Source of the DNA: Nannocystis bainbridge
GTDB taxonomy: Bacteria > Myxococcota_A > Polyangia > Nannocystales > Nannocystaceae
Assembly: GCF_028368995.1 (NCBI RefSeq)
Contig: NZ_JAQNDL010000004.1
Span: 640,001-704,000, forward strand
Direction of reading: 5' to 3'
DNA: 64,000 nt
The translations under genes and the position numbers were made by a program. A model generated the notes under the pieces. That model was not told the DNA's origin. It made no database searches and worked only from the letters and a program-made list of their open reading frames with translations. How positions within the stretch are numbered: position 1 is the stretch's first letter; each line of letters begins with the position of its first letter. Shown piece after piece: positions 1 through 10,028 of the stretch.

Positions 1-388
1 CGAACACGAACTTCATGCGCGCGGCTTCGTCGCGCCACAGCGAGAGGGTGCGGGCGCTGCCGCAGCGGGCCGAGGTGGCGAAGGTGGCGCCGAGGAAGCC
101 GTCGTGGGTGAAGAGGTCCATCATCGGCGGCAAGGTCTCGGCCTCGAGCGCTTCGGCGTGCTCCGGGGTGTGCCAGCCGACGGTGGTGGCGACGACGTGC
201 GGTTGCGGTAGCGGGGCGACGAGGGCGCCCTTGTCGTCGAACGCCGGGCCCATGAAGGGCAGCACGTCGAGGTCGGATTCGTCGCAGGCCGACAGCTCGG
301 CGATGGTCGGCTCCTCGCGCGGCGGGTCGCCGTCGTCGCAGGCGGGCAGGAGCAGGGTGAGCGCATAAAGGGCGGTGCGGGGCTGCAT
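1..388 (-). CDS. Lipoprotein, possibly ABM/DUF3291-like fold; runs off the window edge
   Basis: Not in the ORF track because it is open at the edge. Manual translation from ATG 388: MQPRTALYALTLLLPAC-DDGDPP...ARTLSLWRDEAARMKFVF; lipobox LPAC, high GC3. Confidence 0.7.
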   Translation of the reverse strand, partial: MQPRTALYALTLLLPACDDGDPPREEPTIAELSACDESDLDVLPFMGPAFDDKGALVAPLPQPHVVATTVGWHTPEHAEALEAETLPPMMDLFTHDGFLGATFATSARCGSARTLSLWRDEAARMKFVF

Positions 389-637
389 GCCAGGCTGCAA
401 CACCGCGCGCGCCCGCGAGTGTCACCACGTCGTGCGCAGAAGGTCTGCGTCGCGTTCGCGCGCACGCGCGAGGAAGTCTCGGGGGGGGTCGTTCGCCGCG
501 GCTCGCGCGGGGTGCTTCGGGTTTCACCGGCGGCTGCGTGAGGGCGTGAGCTTGTCGCCGGCAAGGCGCAGCGGAACGGTGATCCGCGGGCCGGGGCGGG
601 CCGCTACAAGGCCCGTACTTTTTAGAAGGAGCACGAC

Positions 638-2050
638 TTGAAGAATTCGACTTCGACGACCTCGGCAGCGCTGGCCCTCTTCATCCTCAGCGGGTGCCCA
701 CCGGAAGAGGCGACCACCGATGCGCCCGACACCGACACCAGCACCGGGGCGCCGGCCACGGCGACCGATGCGCCGACGACCGACGGGACCGAAGCCTGTC
801 CGGCGCCGACGGCGGGCCCGACGATGCACGAGGGGCAGCTGGGGATGAACGAGGTGTGGACGGCCGACGGGAGCCCGCACATCGTGACCCGCTTCGTATC
901 GATCCCGGACGGGTCGACGCTCACGATCGAGCCGTGCGCGGAGGTGCGGATGCAGGCCGATGCGGCGCTGGTGTTCGGCGGCACGAGCTCGACCGAGGTG
1001 ACGACGCTCAAGGCGGAAGGCGAGGCCGAGCGGCCGATCCGGTTCGTGCGCGACGGCGAAGCGCCGTGGAGCGCGCTGGTGGCCTACACGCCGTCGCAGC
1101 TGTCCCTGGCGCACGTGACGCTCGAGGGCGGCGGCGCGGACCGGTTCCTCTATCACGCGTCGCTGGTGATGCGCGGCAACAGCGAGACGCCGACGAAGAA
1201 GCTGGTCCACGTCGACCACGTGACGATCAAGGACTCGGTCGGCGCGGGTGTGCTGGCGGAGTGGAGCTCGGGCTTCTTGCCGGGGTCGACGCAGCTGGTG
1301 GTGACCGGCAGCGGCACCGAGGACAGCCCGTACCCGGTGCGCCTCGGCGAGCACACGCTCGACTCGCTGCCCGACGGCGACTACACGGGCAACCTGATCG
1401 ACAAGATCCACATCGATGCCGAGGGCGCGAACAGCAGCGGCGGCCTGCAAGAAGACGGGACGATGCGCGACCGCGGGGTGCCGTACCACTTCGGCGAGTT
1501 CGGCGGTTCGCGCTTCAGCATCGGCGGGCCGGCGCAGCCGCTGACGACGCTGACGATCGAGCCGGGGGTGACGATCGAGTTCCTCGAGGGGACGGGGATG
1601 GAGATCGAGCACTGGACGAGCGAGGACGAGCCGGCGACAGGGGCGCTGGTGGCGGTCGGCACGGCGGACAAGCCGATCGTGTTCACGTCGGCCGCGGCGG
1701 CGCCGGCGGCCGGTGACTGGATCGGCTTGTGGTTCGGCAGCGTGCCGGCGGCGCACAACCGCCTCGAGCACGCGCGCATCGAGTACGCGGGCGGCGAGTG
1801 CGGCTGCGTCGGCTTCACCTGCACCGACGCCGACGAGGCGAGCGTGCTGTTCATCGAGGGCGTGCCGGCGAGCGCGTTCATCCAGAACACGACGATCGCC
1901 CACAGCGCGGGCCACGGGATCGCCCGCGGCTGGCTCGGCGGCGGACCTGACTTTTCGGTCAGCAACACCTTCGAGGACGTGCTCGGCTGCGATCAGACGC
2001 TGCCGCGCGACGAGAACAACGCCTGCTCCGAGGGCGACGGCTGCGGCTGA
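638..2050 (+). CDS. Lipoprotein with Thr-rich linker and two repeated beta-rich (beta-helix-like) modules
   Basis: TTG start after AGGAG; lipobox LSGC; duplicated motif TLTIEP...L.A.G....PI.F....W; strong GC3 bias. Confidence 0.8.
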   Translation: MKNSTSTTSAALALFILSGCPPEEATTDAPDTDTSTGAPATATDAPTTDGTEACPAPTAGPTMHEGQLGMNEVWTADGSPHIVTRFVSIPDGSTLTIEPCAEVRMQADAALVFGGTSSTEVTTLKAEGEAERPIRFVRDGEAPWSALVAYTPSQLSLAHVTLEGGGADRFLYHASLVMRGNSETPTKKLVHVDHVTIKDSVGAGVLAEWSSGFLPGSTQLVVTGSGTEDSPYPVRLGEHTLDSLPDGDYTGNLIDKIHIDAEGANSSGGLQEDGTMRDRGVPYHFGEFGGSRFSIGGPAQPLTTLTIEPGVTIEFLEGTGMEIEHWTSEDEPATGALVAVGTADKPIVFTSAAAAPAAGDWIGLWFGSVPAAHNRLEHARIEYAGGECGCVGFTCTDADEASVLFIEGVPASAFIQNTTIAHSAGHGIARGWLGGGPDFSVSNTFEDVLGCDQTLPRDENNACSEGDGCG

Positions 2051-2160
2051 GAGGCCCGCAGAGGCTCGGCGGGGCGCTTCCGCCCGGACGGTGAGCGGCC
2101 GCGCGAGGCGGCGGTCGCTTGCCGGGCGGTCGGAGCCGGAGGTACGGTGCTCACCTGCCG

Positions 2161-3762
2161 ATGGCCCGGGCCCCCGAGATCACGAACGTCGGCGACGCGC
2201 TCGAGGGCCTCGTCCACCAGTTCGCCGATCCGTGGGCGTTCCTCCGCGAGCTGGTGCAGAACTCGATCGACGCCGGCAGCCCGCAGCTCGAGGTGCGCAT
2301 CGAGCATGACGCGCAGCGCGGGGCGATGATCGTCGAGGTCGCCGACGCGGGCGAGGGGATGACGCGCGAGATCATCGACACGCGCCTCACTCGCCTGTTC
2401 TCGTCGGCCAAGGAGGGCGACTACACCAAGATCGGCCGGTTCGGCATCGGCTTCGTGTCGGTGTTTGCGATCGATCCGGAGGTGGTCTGCGTCGACACCG
2501 GCCGCGCCGGCGAGTGGTGGCGGGTGGTGTTCCGCCGCGACCGCTCGTTCGAGCGCATCCGCCTGCACGATCCGGTCGAGGGCACGACGGTGCGGCTCTA
2601 CAAGGCGGCGTCGGCGACCGAGGTCGAGACGGCGCGCGCGCGGGCCCGCGAGACGCTGGCGTATTGGTGCAAGCACGTGAAGATCGAGCTGCTCCTCGAC
2701 GGCGAGCGCGTCAGCGGGCCGCTCGAGCTCGCGGGGCTCTGTCAGGTGCGGCACGAGGAGGAGGGCACGGCGCTGGTGATGGCGATCGTGCCGGAGGCCG
2801 AGGCGCTGCGCGGCTACTACCACGGGGGGCTGACGCTGCACGAGGAGCGCGACGCGTCGCTGCCGTACGTGGCGTTCAAGATCGATTCGCGGTTCCTCGA
2901 GCACACGCTGACGCGCGACAACGTGATCCGCGACGAGAACTACGCCAAGGCGATGACGATCGTGCAGGCGGTGGCGCGAGGACAGCTGATGGACCAGGTG
3001 TTCGCGGCGCTCGAGCGGATCGCGGCCGGCGAGGTCGTGCCCGACGAGGAACGGGCGCTGCTGCTCCGTTGCGCGGAGGCGGCGCTCAAGGAGCGCCAGG
3101 CGCAGCGGGGCTGGTGGGCGGCGAAGGTGCTGCCGACGGTGGGCGGGCCGCCGCTGTCGATGCAGGCGCTGCGCGAGCAGGCGGTCCTGCGCGCGGTGAT
3201 GTGCGCGACGGCGATGTCGCCGGTGGTGGCGGCGCTGCAGGCCGACAGGCACGTGGTGATCGCGTGCACGCCGAGGGACGCGATCGCCACGCTGGTCCGC
3301 ACGGCGACGGGGGCGTGGGCGGCGCCGGTGACGCAATTGTGCACGGCGCTGCCGCTGGCGCCCGCGGAGGCGGAGGCGTGGGAGCCGCTGTGCGCGGGCC
3401 TGGCGGCGCTGCTCAAGGCGAGCGGGCGGAAGATCCGCGTGGTGACGGTGGGGCGCTTCGACTACGCCGAATCGGCGATCGCGGAGCGAGTGGCGATCAC
3501 ACAGGCGCGCTTCGGCGAGCTGACGAAGGTGGAGGACGTCGGGCTGATGGCGAGCGGCTGGCTGGCGAGCGGACGGGTAGTGGTGCTGTCGGCGCTGCAC
3601 CCGACGCTGCTGCACCTGCGCGCGGTGGCGACGCGAGAGCCGGAGCTGGCGGCGTACCTGGCGATCAAGTCGTTCTTCTTGCACGGCGAGCTGAGCGCGG
3701 CGGTCGACGCCGAGCTGGCGAGCAAGGCCGCGGAGGCGCGATGGCGAAGGATGGACGGCTGA
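2161..3762 (+). CDS. GHKL (HSP90/HtpG-like, HATPase_c_3) ATPase
   Basis: N-box FLRELVQNSIDA, G1 box DAGEGM, G2 box IGRFGIGFVSVF, G3 box EGTTV. Confidence 0.85.
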   Translation: MARAPEITNVGDALEGLVHQFADPWAFLRELVQNSIDAGSPQLEVRIEHDAQRGAMIVEVADAGEGMTREIIDTRLTRLFSSAKEGDYTKIGRFGIGFVSVFAIDPEVVCVDTGRAGEWWRVVFRRDRSFERIRLHDPVEGTTVRLYKAASATEVETARARARETLAYWCKHVKIELLLDGERVSGPLELAGLCQVRHEEEGTALVMAIVPEAEALRGYYHGGLTLHEERDASLPYVAFKIDSRFLEHTLTRDNVIRDENYAKAMTIVQAVARGQLMDQVFAALERIAAGEVVPDEERALLLRCAEAALKERQAQRGWWAAKVLPTVGGPPLSMQALREQAVLRAVMCATAMSPVVAALQADRHVVIACTPRDAIATLVRTATGAWAAPVTQLCTALPLAPAEAEAWEPLCAGLAALLKASGRKIRVVTVGRFDYAESAIAERVAITQARFGELTKVEDVGLMASGWLASGRVVVLSALHPTLLHLRAVATREPELAAYLAIKSFFLHGELSAAVDAELASKAAEARWRRMDG

Positions 3763-6700
3763 GCGACCTGGCCGACGAGCTGCGGGCCGGCGGGGAGGTC
3801 GACTCGCAGGGGCGCTTCACGCTCGACCGGGCGCAGGCGCGGGCGAAGATGCAGAAGTTTCAGCTCGACGACGCGCGCCGCTATGTGCTCGAGCTGGTGC
3901 AGGCGGCGGTGATCCGCGGGGCGACGAGGATCGGGTTCGACATCGACGCCGACGACATGCGGATGCGCTTCGACGGGCGGCCGTTCTCGCGGGCGGAGCT
4001 CGAGGAGCTGTGGGGCTCGATCTTCGCCGACGGCGACGAGGCCGACCTGCGCGGGCTCCGGCAGCTGGCGCTCGGCCTCAACGCGGCGCTGGGGCTGGTC
4101 CCGAAGCAGATCGTGGTGCGCAGCGGGACGACGCGGCTGCGGCTGGCGCCGGGCAAGGAGGACGCGCTGACGGAGGCCGAACCGGCGATCGCGGAGACGA
4201 CGATCCACGTCGAGAAGCGGCTGCGCCTCGGGCTGATGGTGGCGTTCTTCCACGACCTGCGCGGGAGCCTGGGCGAGGAGGTGTACCTGCGCGAGCGCTG
4301 CGTCTACGCGCGGGTGTCGATCACGCTCGACGGCCAGCCGATCGCGTCCGGGCCGCGGGTCCCGCACGCGATGCTGCGGCTCGAGCTGGCGGAGCCGGGG
4401 CTGACGGGGATGCTGGCGCTGCTGCCGGGCGAGGCGCCGGCGGAGGTGCGGCTGGTGAAGGACGGGGTGTGGATCGATACGCACCCGCTCGAGGGCGTGG
4501 GGCCGGGGATCCTGGCGATCGTCGAGGCGGAGGCGCTGCGCAAGGATGTGTCGATGGCGAAGATCGTCGCCGACGCGGGGTTCGAGCAGGTGGTGGGGCT
4601 GGTGCGCGCGGTTCGCTGGACGCTGCTGGCGCGCGCGGCCGCGGCGGTCCTGGCGGGGGAGATCCGGCCGGAGTCGGTGATGCCGCGGATCCGCGAGGAG
4701 GCGCTGCAGTTCATGAAGCTCCGCGACCTCCGCAAGCGGGCGGAGGTGGAGCCGCTGGCCCGGGCGATCACGTGGATGGACGCGAGGACATGTTCTACGG
4801 GACATGTCGAAACGGTCACGTTGGCGGGGCTGACCGAGGCGGTGACGGCCCACCCGGAGAGCGAGGGCCGCGTGCTGCGCTTCGCGACGAGGACGTACGC
4901 GGCGCTCAAGGCGGAGGGGCGGCCGATCCCGCGGCTGTCCCGCAAGGACGCGGACCGGCTGGCGCGGCTGCTGGGGTGCGAGGTGATCGCGGTCGACGAG
5001 GCGCTGGCGGCGGCGCAGCTGCGCGAGCAGGCGCGCGAGGCGTGGCTGCAACGGCGGTCGCCGGCGCGGCTGCGAGAGGGCGGTTATGTGGCCCGCGCGA
5101 CGCTGACGCCAGGGTCAGCGAGCCGCGGCGAGGTGGGGATCGCGGCGGAGGCGGTGACGGGCGGGGCGACGGGGGGGCGGCTGTCGCTGATCACCGAGGG
5201 CTGTCTGCTGCGCCGGGTCGAGGTCGAGTGGGGTGTGGCAGGGCTCGATCTGGTGATCGAGGCTCCGTTCACGCCGAGCGAGCTGTTCGACGACGCGGTC
5301 CGCGATGCGACGCTGGTCGAGGCGGTGCTGGCGGGGCTGGGGGCGTTGGCGGAGCCGCTGGCGGAGCTGGCCGAAAGGACAGGCGAGGCGAGGGGCGCGG
5401 GCGAGGTGCGCGGGCTGGTGAAGGGGTGGCTGCTGCTGGCGCTCGACGCGGAGACGCGAGCGGCGCTGTGGCAGCGGCTCGGGGTGCCGGAGGCGCTGTG
5501 GCCGGAGGCAGAGGCGGTGGCGAGGTGGTTGCCGTCGGCGGATCCGCTGCGCGCGAGCGAGGGGCGGCTGGCGTCGCTGATGCAGGTGCCGCTGTTCGAG
5601 GACTTCGACGGGGCGCGGCGATCGATCGAGGAGCTGGCGCGCCGCTTGGAGCGAGTGGGGCGGATCGAGGCGATCGAGCGCTCGGAGGCGCCGGAGCCGT
5701 CACTCGGCCGCGAGATCGCGTGGCTGGGCCGCGGCGACCGCAAGATCCTGGCAGGGCTGCTCGGCGGGGAGGCGATGCTGCAGTCGTGGGCGCCGACGCT
5801 GGCGGTGCGCCGACGCGAGCGCCAATTCTGGGCCCAGGAGGCGCGCTCGCAGGCGGAGTCGATGCGCGCGGCGGAGGAGGCGGCGCGGGTGGTGGGGCTC
5901 GATCCGGGCTTGTGGTGCCTGGCGTGGCGCGAGGAGGAATTGGAATTGGTGCTGACGCTGCACCCGCCGGCGACGCCGTTCCGGCTGGCGAGGGAGGTCG
6001 AGCCGGCGACGGTGGAGCTGCGGTTCGAGGGCCGCCCGTTGACGACGCGCACGCTGGCGGCGGGCTTCGGACCGATCACGGCGGTGGCGACGACGAGGTC
6101 GTTGCGCCCGAACGCGAGCTGGGACGAGGTGGCGGACGAGGCGGTGGTGGCGACGGTGACGGAGGGGCTGCGTCGGGCCGCGTGGGCGCTGGTGGCGGGG
6201 GTGATCGAGCGCTGGATGAGCGGCGCGGGGGTCGGCGATTCGACGTGGACATGGCTGCGTGAGCAGCTGCTGGCCCGCCTGACCGCTTCGACGCGAGCGG
6301 AGGTGATGGCAGCGGCGCCGCGGGTGCTGGAGGTGCCGCTGTTCGCGACGCTGGGCCCGCGGGTGCTGAGCCTGGCGGAGGTGGAGGCGGTGGTGGCGGC
6401 GGAGGGACAGATCGGCTGGGTGCCGCGGACGATGCCGGGGGCGTCGCTGCCGGAGCCGCCGATCGTGCGCGAGGATCCGCCGACGATCGCGGCGCTGCGG
6501 CGATGGTTGGGCGAGGCGCGCGTGGTCGACGGCGGGGAGCGGGTGCGGTCGCAACGACTGGCGCGACGCCTGGTGGATCTGCCGGCGATGACTTCGCTGA
6601 AGCTGGATCCGTCGCGGGTGTGGGCGACGACGTCGCTGGCGAACGAGAAGGGCGAGGTCGAGGGCGAGGTGGGGCTGCGCCGCGAGGACGGGGCACCGAC

Positions 6701-8315
6701 GCTGCAGATCGAGCTGGGGCTGGACGGGCGGAAGATCGGGGAGTTCGTGCACGAGGACGCACCGGCGCCGCTGCTGGCGATCGCGTGCGATCGATCGCTG
6801 CCGCTGACGACGGAGGGCGAGGTCGAGGTCGGCAGCAAGCGCTACCAACAATTGCTGCGGCGCTGCCGACGGGCGGCGACAGGGATGATCGTGGGGCTGT
6901 GCGATCGCTATGCGTCGCTGCCGAACGACGAGCGGTCGTCGGCGCGGGCGCTGCTGCTGGAATACGCAGGGCGACGGCTCCGGCGGGCGCGGCAGGACGG
7001 GTCGGAGCCGGGCCGCGGGGTGGAGGCGGTGAAGGGGCTGCCGCTGCTGATCGATGTGTGGGGGACGCCGTGCTCGCTGGCAGAGATCGAGGGGGCGGGG
7101 AATGGGGTGTTCGAGGCGGTGACGCGCGGGGTCGAGGCGCCGCCGCAGGAGGCCAGGGCGACGCGCAGGGTCGTGGTGGTCGACGCGGCGGCGCGTGGGT
7201 GCCTCGAGGCGATCGGGGAGGTGAAGCTGCTCGATGCGCGCTGGGAGGAGGTGCTGGCGGGGCTCCGGGCGCTGGTGGCAGCGCCGCAGTGCACGCTGCC
7301 GGATCTGCGCGAGGTGGCGTGGGTGGCTCGCAAGGCGATGATCGCAGGCGGGCTGGAGGCGTACCTGTGGATCCCTCGGGCGCCGCGGCGGGAAGACTCG
7401 GTGGCGCTGGCGGTCGGTGGACGCGAGGTGGGCCGCTTCACGCCGGTGCTGCCGTGCGCGGGGATCGTGAGCGGGGCGAGCCTGGCGGGAGAGCCGGGCG
7501 CGAGCCGGCTGGAGGCGCGGCAAGTCAGTAGCCTGGCGAAGCAGGTGTGCCGGCTGTACGAGGCGCTGGCGAAGCAGGTGAAGACGGGCGGACGCCTGAA
7601 GGCGAGCGAGCGCGATGCGGCCGCGCAGTGGCTGGCGCAGGTGGATGCGATGCTGGGGAGCGTGGAGGAGCCAGCGGAGGTGGGGAAGGCGCTGACGGAG
7701 CTGAAGGCGGCGCTTGCAGAGTGCGTGCCGCCGGGGCTGCGAGAGGCGCGGGCGCAGGCGGAGGCGTCGCGGCGACGCGAGGCGGAGGAGCGGAGAGAGA
7801 GCGAGGCGAGGGAGGCGGGGCTCGGCGAGGAGCGGGTGAGGGAGGCGGGGCTTCGGGAGCAGCAGGGGCGCGAGCAAGAGTTGCGCGAGGAGGCAGCGGC
7901 ACGGCAGGGTGGTGATGCGGCGAGGCCGGACAGCGGGATGAAGTCGAGGGGGGCGCCGAAGCCGACGCCGGAGCAACAACTGCTGGCGCTGGTCCGCGCG
8001 GAGCTGGAGTGGGCTCGCGCGCGCCACGGGTCGGCGCTCGAGCAGCTGCGGCTGGACCGCCTGGCCATCGGGACAGGTCGAGAGGCAGGCATCGCCCGCT
8101 TCGATGGCGGGATCGTGCTACAGCAGCGTCACTCGCTGATCGCCCGCGCGCTGACGCGACTGGCCATCGAGGAGGCGCCCGATCCGGTCGACATGGTGTT
8201 CGTGATGGCGCACGTGTATACGCTGATGAACGAGGTGGCGGAGGGGATCGAGGCGCACGACGAGCAAGCGTTCGTGGCGCGGCTGGCAGAAGGGCTGGCG
8301 GCAGGGCTGGGGTGA
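3741..8315 (+). CDS. Giant (~1520 aa) protein with degenerate N-terminal GHKL domain and internal repeats
   Basis: ATG 3741 overlaps the end of the upstream ATPase; N-terminus ...RYVLELVQAAV... resembles an N-box without the Asn; recurring (V/L)PL(F/L)...G...S(L/I).E motifs. Confidence 0.75.
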   Translation: MAKDGRLSDLADELRAGGEVDSQGRFTLDRAQARAKMQKFQLDDARRYVLELVQAAVIRGATRIGFDIDADDMRMRFDGRPFSRAELEELWGSIFADGDEADLRGLRQLALGLNAALGLVPKQIVVRSGTTRLRLAPGKEDALTEAEPAIAETTIHVEKRLRLGLMVAFFHDLRGSLGEEVYLRERCVYARVSITLDGQPIASGPRVPHAMLRLELAEPGLTGMLALLPGEAPAEVRLVKDGVWIDTHPLEGVGPGILAIVEAEALRKDVSMAKIVADAGFEQVVGLVRAVRWTLLARAAAAVLAGEIRPESVMPRIREEALQFMKLRDLRKRAEVEPLARAITWMDARTCSTGHVETVTLAGLTEAVTAHPESEGRVLRFATRTYAALKAEGRPIPRLSRKDADRLARLLGCEVIAVDEALAAAQLREQAREAWLQRRSPARLREGGYVARATLTPGSASRGEVGIAAEAVTGGATGGRLSLITEGCLLRRVEVEWGVAGLDLVIEAPFTPSELFDDAVRDATLVEAVLAGLGALAEPLAELAERTGEARGAGEVRGLVKGWLLLALDAETRAALWQRLGVPEALWPEAEAVARWLPSADPLRASEGRLASLMQVPLFEDFDGARRSIEELARRLERVGRIEAIERSEAPEPSLGREIAWLGRGDRKILAGLLGGEAMLQSWAPTLAVRRRERQFWAQEARSQAESMRAAEEAARVVGLDPGLWCLAWREEELELVLTLHPPATPFRLAREVEPATVELRFEGRPLTTRTLAAGFGPITAVATTRSLRPNASWDEVADEAVVATVTEGLRRAAWALVAGVIERWMSGAGVGDSTWTWLREQLLARLTASTRAEVMAAAPRVLEVPLFATLGPRVLSLAEVEAVVAAEGQIGWVPRTMPGASLPEPPIVREDPPTIAALRRWLGEARVVDGGERVRSQRLARRLVDLPAMTSLKLDPSRVWATTSLANEKGEVEGEVGLRREDGAPTLQIELGLDGRKIGEFVHEDAPAPLLAIACDRSLPLTTEGEVEVGSKRYQQLLRRCRRAATGMIVGLCDRYASLPNDERSSARALLLEYAGRRLRRARQDGSEPGRGVEAVKGLPLLIDVWGTPCSLAEIEGAGNGVFEAVTRGVEAPPQEARATRRVVVVDAAARGCLEAIGEVKLLDARWEEVLAGLRALVAAPQCTLPDLREVAWVARKAMIAGGLEAYLWIPRAPRREDSVALAVGGREVGRFTPVLPCAGIVSGASLAGEPGASRLEARQVSSLAKQVCRLYEALAKQVKTGGRLKASERDAAAQWLAQVDAMLGSVEEPAEVGKALTELKAALAECVPPGLREARAQAEASRRREAEERRESEAREAGLGEERVREAGLREQQGREQELREEAAARQGGDAARPDSGMKSRGAPKPTPEQQLLALVRAELEWARARHGSALEQLRLDRLAIGTGREAGIARFDGGIVLQQRHSLIARALTRLAIEEAPDPVDMVFVMAHVYTLMNEVAEGIEAHDEQAFVARLAEGLAAGLG

Positions 8316-8453
8316 GCGGGGTGAGAGAGGTGCGGGGTGCGGCGGGAGGTCTGGTCTCGTCGGGGTCGTGGATGAAGTTGGGTTGCACTGTCCGGGGCGG
8401 GAGCTCGGGCTCGTTTGGGCGGTGGACAGCACGAACGAGATAGTTGCAGTGCT

Positions 8454-10028
8454 TCACGGGTCCTCGATGCAGTAGAGGGAAGAAGCGCTGGAGCAGGGGA
8501 CTACACCTCCCGAGTTTGTCCAGGTCCCGTCTGTCGCGTTCGTCTTGCCGAAGGCCCCTGAGAAATCCAGTGTCAGGTTGTTCCAGCCGTCGCAGTGGTC
8601 ATCGCCAGCGCTGGTACCATCGGCCTTAGTGTTCGTCCAAGGGGCGCTGGAAGCCTGCATGTTCAGCTCGGTCAGATCGACGGGGTGCAGCAGCTCGCCG
8701 TCAGTTAGGTCGGCCCAACCATTCTCCGCCACCGGAGTGCCGTCGATCAACACGTACGCTCCCTGATACTGAGTGTCGAGCCGATTCGCGGGCGAGGTGC
8801 CCAGGGTCGACAGCCAGGCCTTAAAGCTGGCCGCATTCGGGAGCCCGGCAGAGGTCGCCGCTGCCACGCACTTCATGTCCGCACCGCCAATGGCGCCGAG
8901 GTTGCCTTTGAATCCGGCGCTGGTGACGAAGAGGATGCGGCGGGGTTTGAGGCAGGTATTGGAGCAGGCGTCGGTGTCGATGTCGTTGCCGTCGTCGCAC
9001 TCTTCTTCGTCGGTCCAGACGATGTTGTCGCCGCAGGTGGCGGGCTGGCAGGCGTTGGTGCAGGCGTCGGTGTCGACGTCGTTGCCGTCGTCGCACTGTT
9101 CTTCGCCGGTCCAGAGGATGTCGTCGCCGCAGGTGGCGGGTTGGCAGGCGTTGGTGCAGGCGTCGGTGTCGATGTCGTTGCCGTCGTCGCAGGTCTCGCC
9201 GGGGCCGAGCTGGCCGTCGCCGCAGGCGCTGGCTTCGCAGAGCTCGTTGCAGGGCTTGTCGGGGCCGTTGTCGGGGCCGTCGTCGCACTCCTCTTCGCCG
9301 GCCCAGAGGAGGCCGTCGCCGCAGGTGGCGAGGGCGCAGGTGTCGAGGCAGGCGTCGGTGTTGTCGTCGTTGCCGTCGTCGCAGACTTCGCCATCCTCCT
9401 GGACGCCGTTGCCGCAGGTGGGCTCGGAGCAGTCGTCGGGGCAGGTGAGCATGGACTCGCCGGGGCCGCAGAGCCCGTCGCCGCAGACGCAGGCGGCGCC
9501 TTCGCAGGGCTCGCAGTCGCGGGGGCAGGTGGTGTCCTCGCCGGCCTGGCAGAGGCCGTCGCCGCAGAGGTCGGTGCAGTCGTCGGGGCAGACGGCGGCG
9601 TTTTCGTGGCGGTCGCAGACGCTGTCGCCGCAGGTGCCGGGGTGGCAGTCGACGGGGCAGCGGGCGGGGTCCTCGGCGGGGGCGCAGAGGCCGTCGCCGC
9701 AGCCGAAGCCGGGGAAGTCGCGGGGGCAGGTGGCCTGGGTCTCGCCGGGGTCCTCCTGGCCGTTGCCGCAGGTCTGGAGGCAGGCGGCGACGAAGGTCCA
9801 GTTCTCCTGGGCGTCGCAAACGGCGGCAGCCGGGCCGGTGCCGGTGGCGTCGGTCCAGAGGCAGTCGTCAGGGCAGGAGGTCTGGTTCTCGTCGGAATCG
9901 CAGACGAAGTCGTGGTTGCATGCCCAGGGCGGGTGCTCGGGCTCGCTTGCGCAGGTGATGAGTGCGAGGGCGAAGGGCACGGCCGCGAGGCCGCCGAGCA
10001 TCGATGCGAGAGCGTGGTGCTGCGTCAC
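8454..10028 (-). CDS. Surface protein with Myxococcus Cys-rich repeats (DUF4215) and C-terminal DUF1554/C-type-lectin-like head
   Basis: GTG overlapping the upstream TGA; hydrophobic signal ending LITC; repeats CGD.....EECDDGN..DTDACTNAC; C-terminal LFVTS...GNLG...C...FKAW...WT.T...LYCIE. Confidence 0.85.
   Translation of the reverse strand: MTQHHALASMLGGLAAVPFALALITCASEPEHPPWACNHDFVCDSDENQTSCPDDCLWTDATGTGPAAAVCDAQENWTFVAACLQTCGNGQEDPGETQATCPRDFPGFGCGDGLCAPAEDPARCPVDCHPGTCGDSVCDRHENAAVCPDDCTDLCGDGLCQAGEDTTCPRDCEPCEGAACVCGDGLCGPGESMLTCPDDCSEPTCGNGVQEDGEVCDDGNDDNTDACLDTCALATCGDGLLWAGEEECDDGPDNGPDKPCNELCEASACGDGQLGPGETCDDGNDIDTDACTNACQPATCGDDILWTGEEQCDDGNDVDTDACTNACQPATCGDNIVWTDEEECDDGNDIDTDACSNTCLKPRRILFVTSAGFKGNLGAIGGADMKCVAAATSAGLPNAASFKAWLSTLGTSPANRLDTQYQGAYVLIDGTPVAENGWADLTDGELLHPVDLTELNMQASSAPWTNTKADGTSAGDDHCDGWNNLTLDFSGAFGKTNATDGTWTNSGGVVPCSSASSLYCIEDP

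Noticed and set aside
2514-3740. N-terminal 400 aa of the 1933-aa ORF
   Set aside because: Overlaps the GHKL gene out of frame; protein-like sequence begins at ATG 3741.
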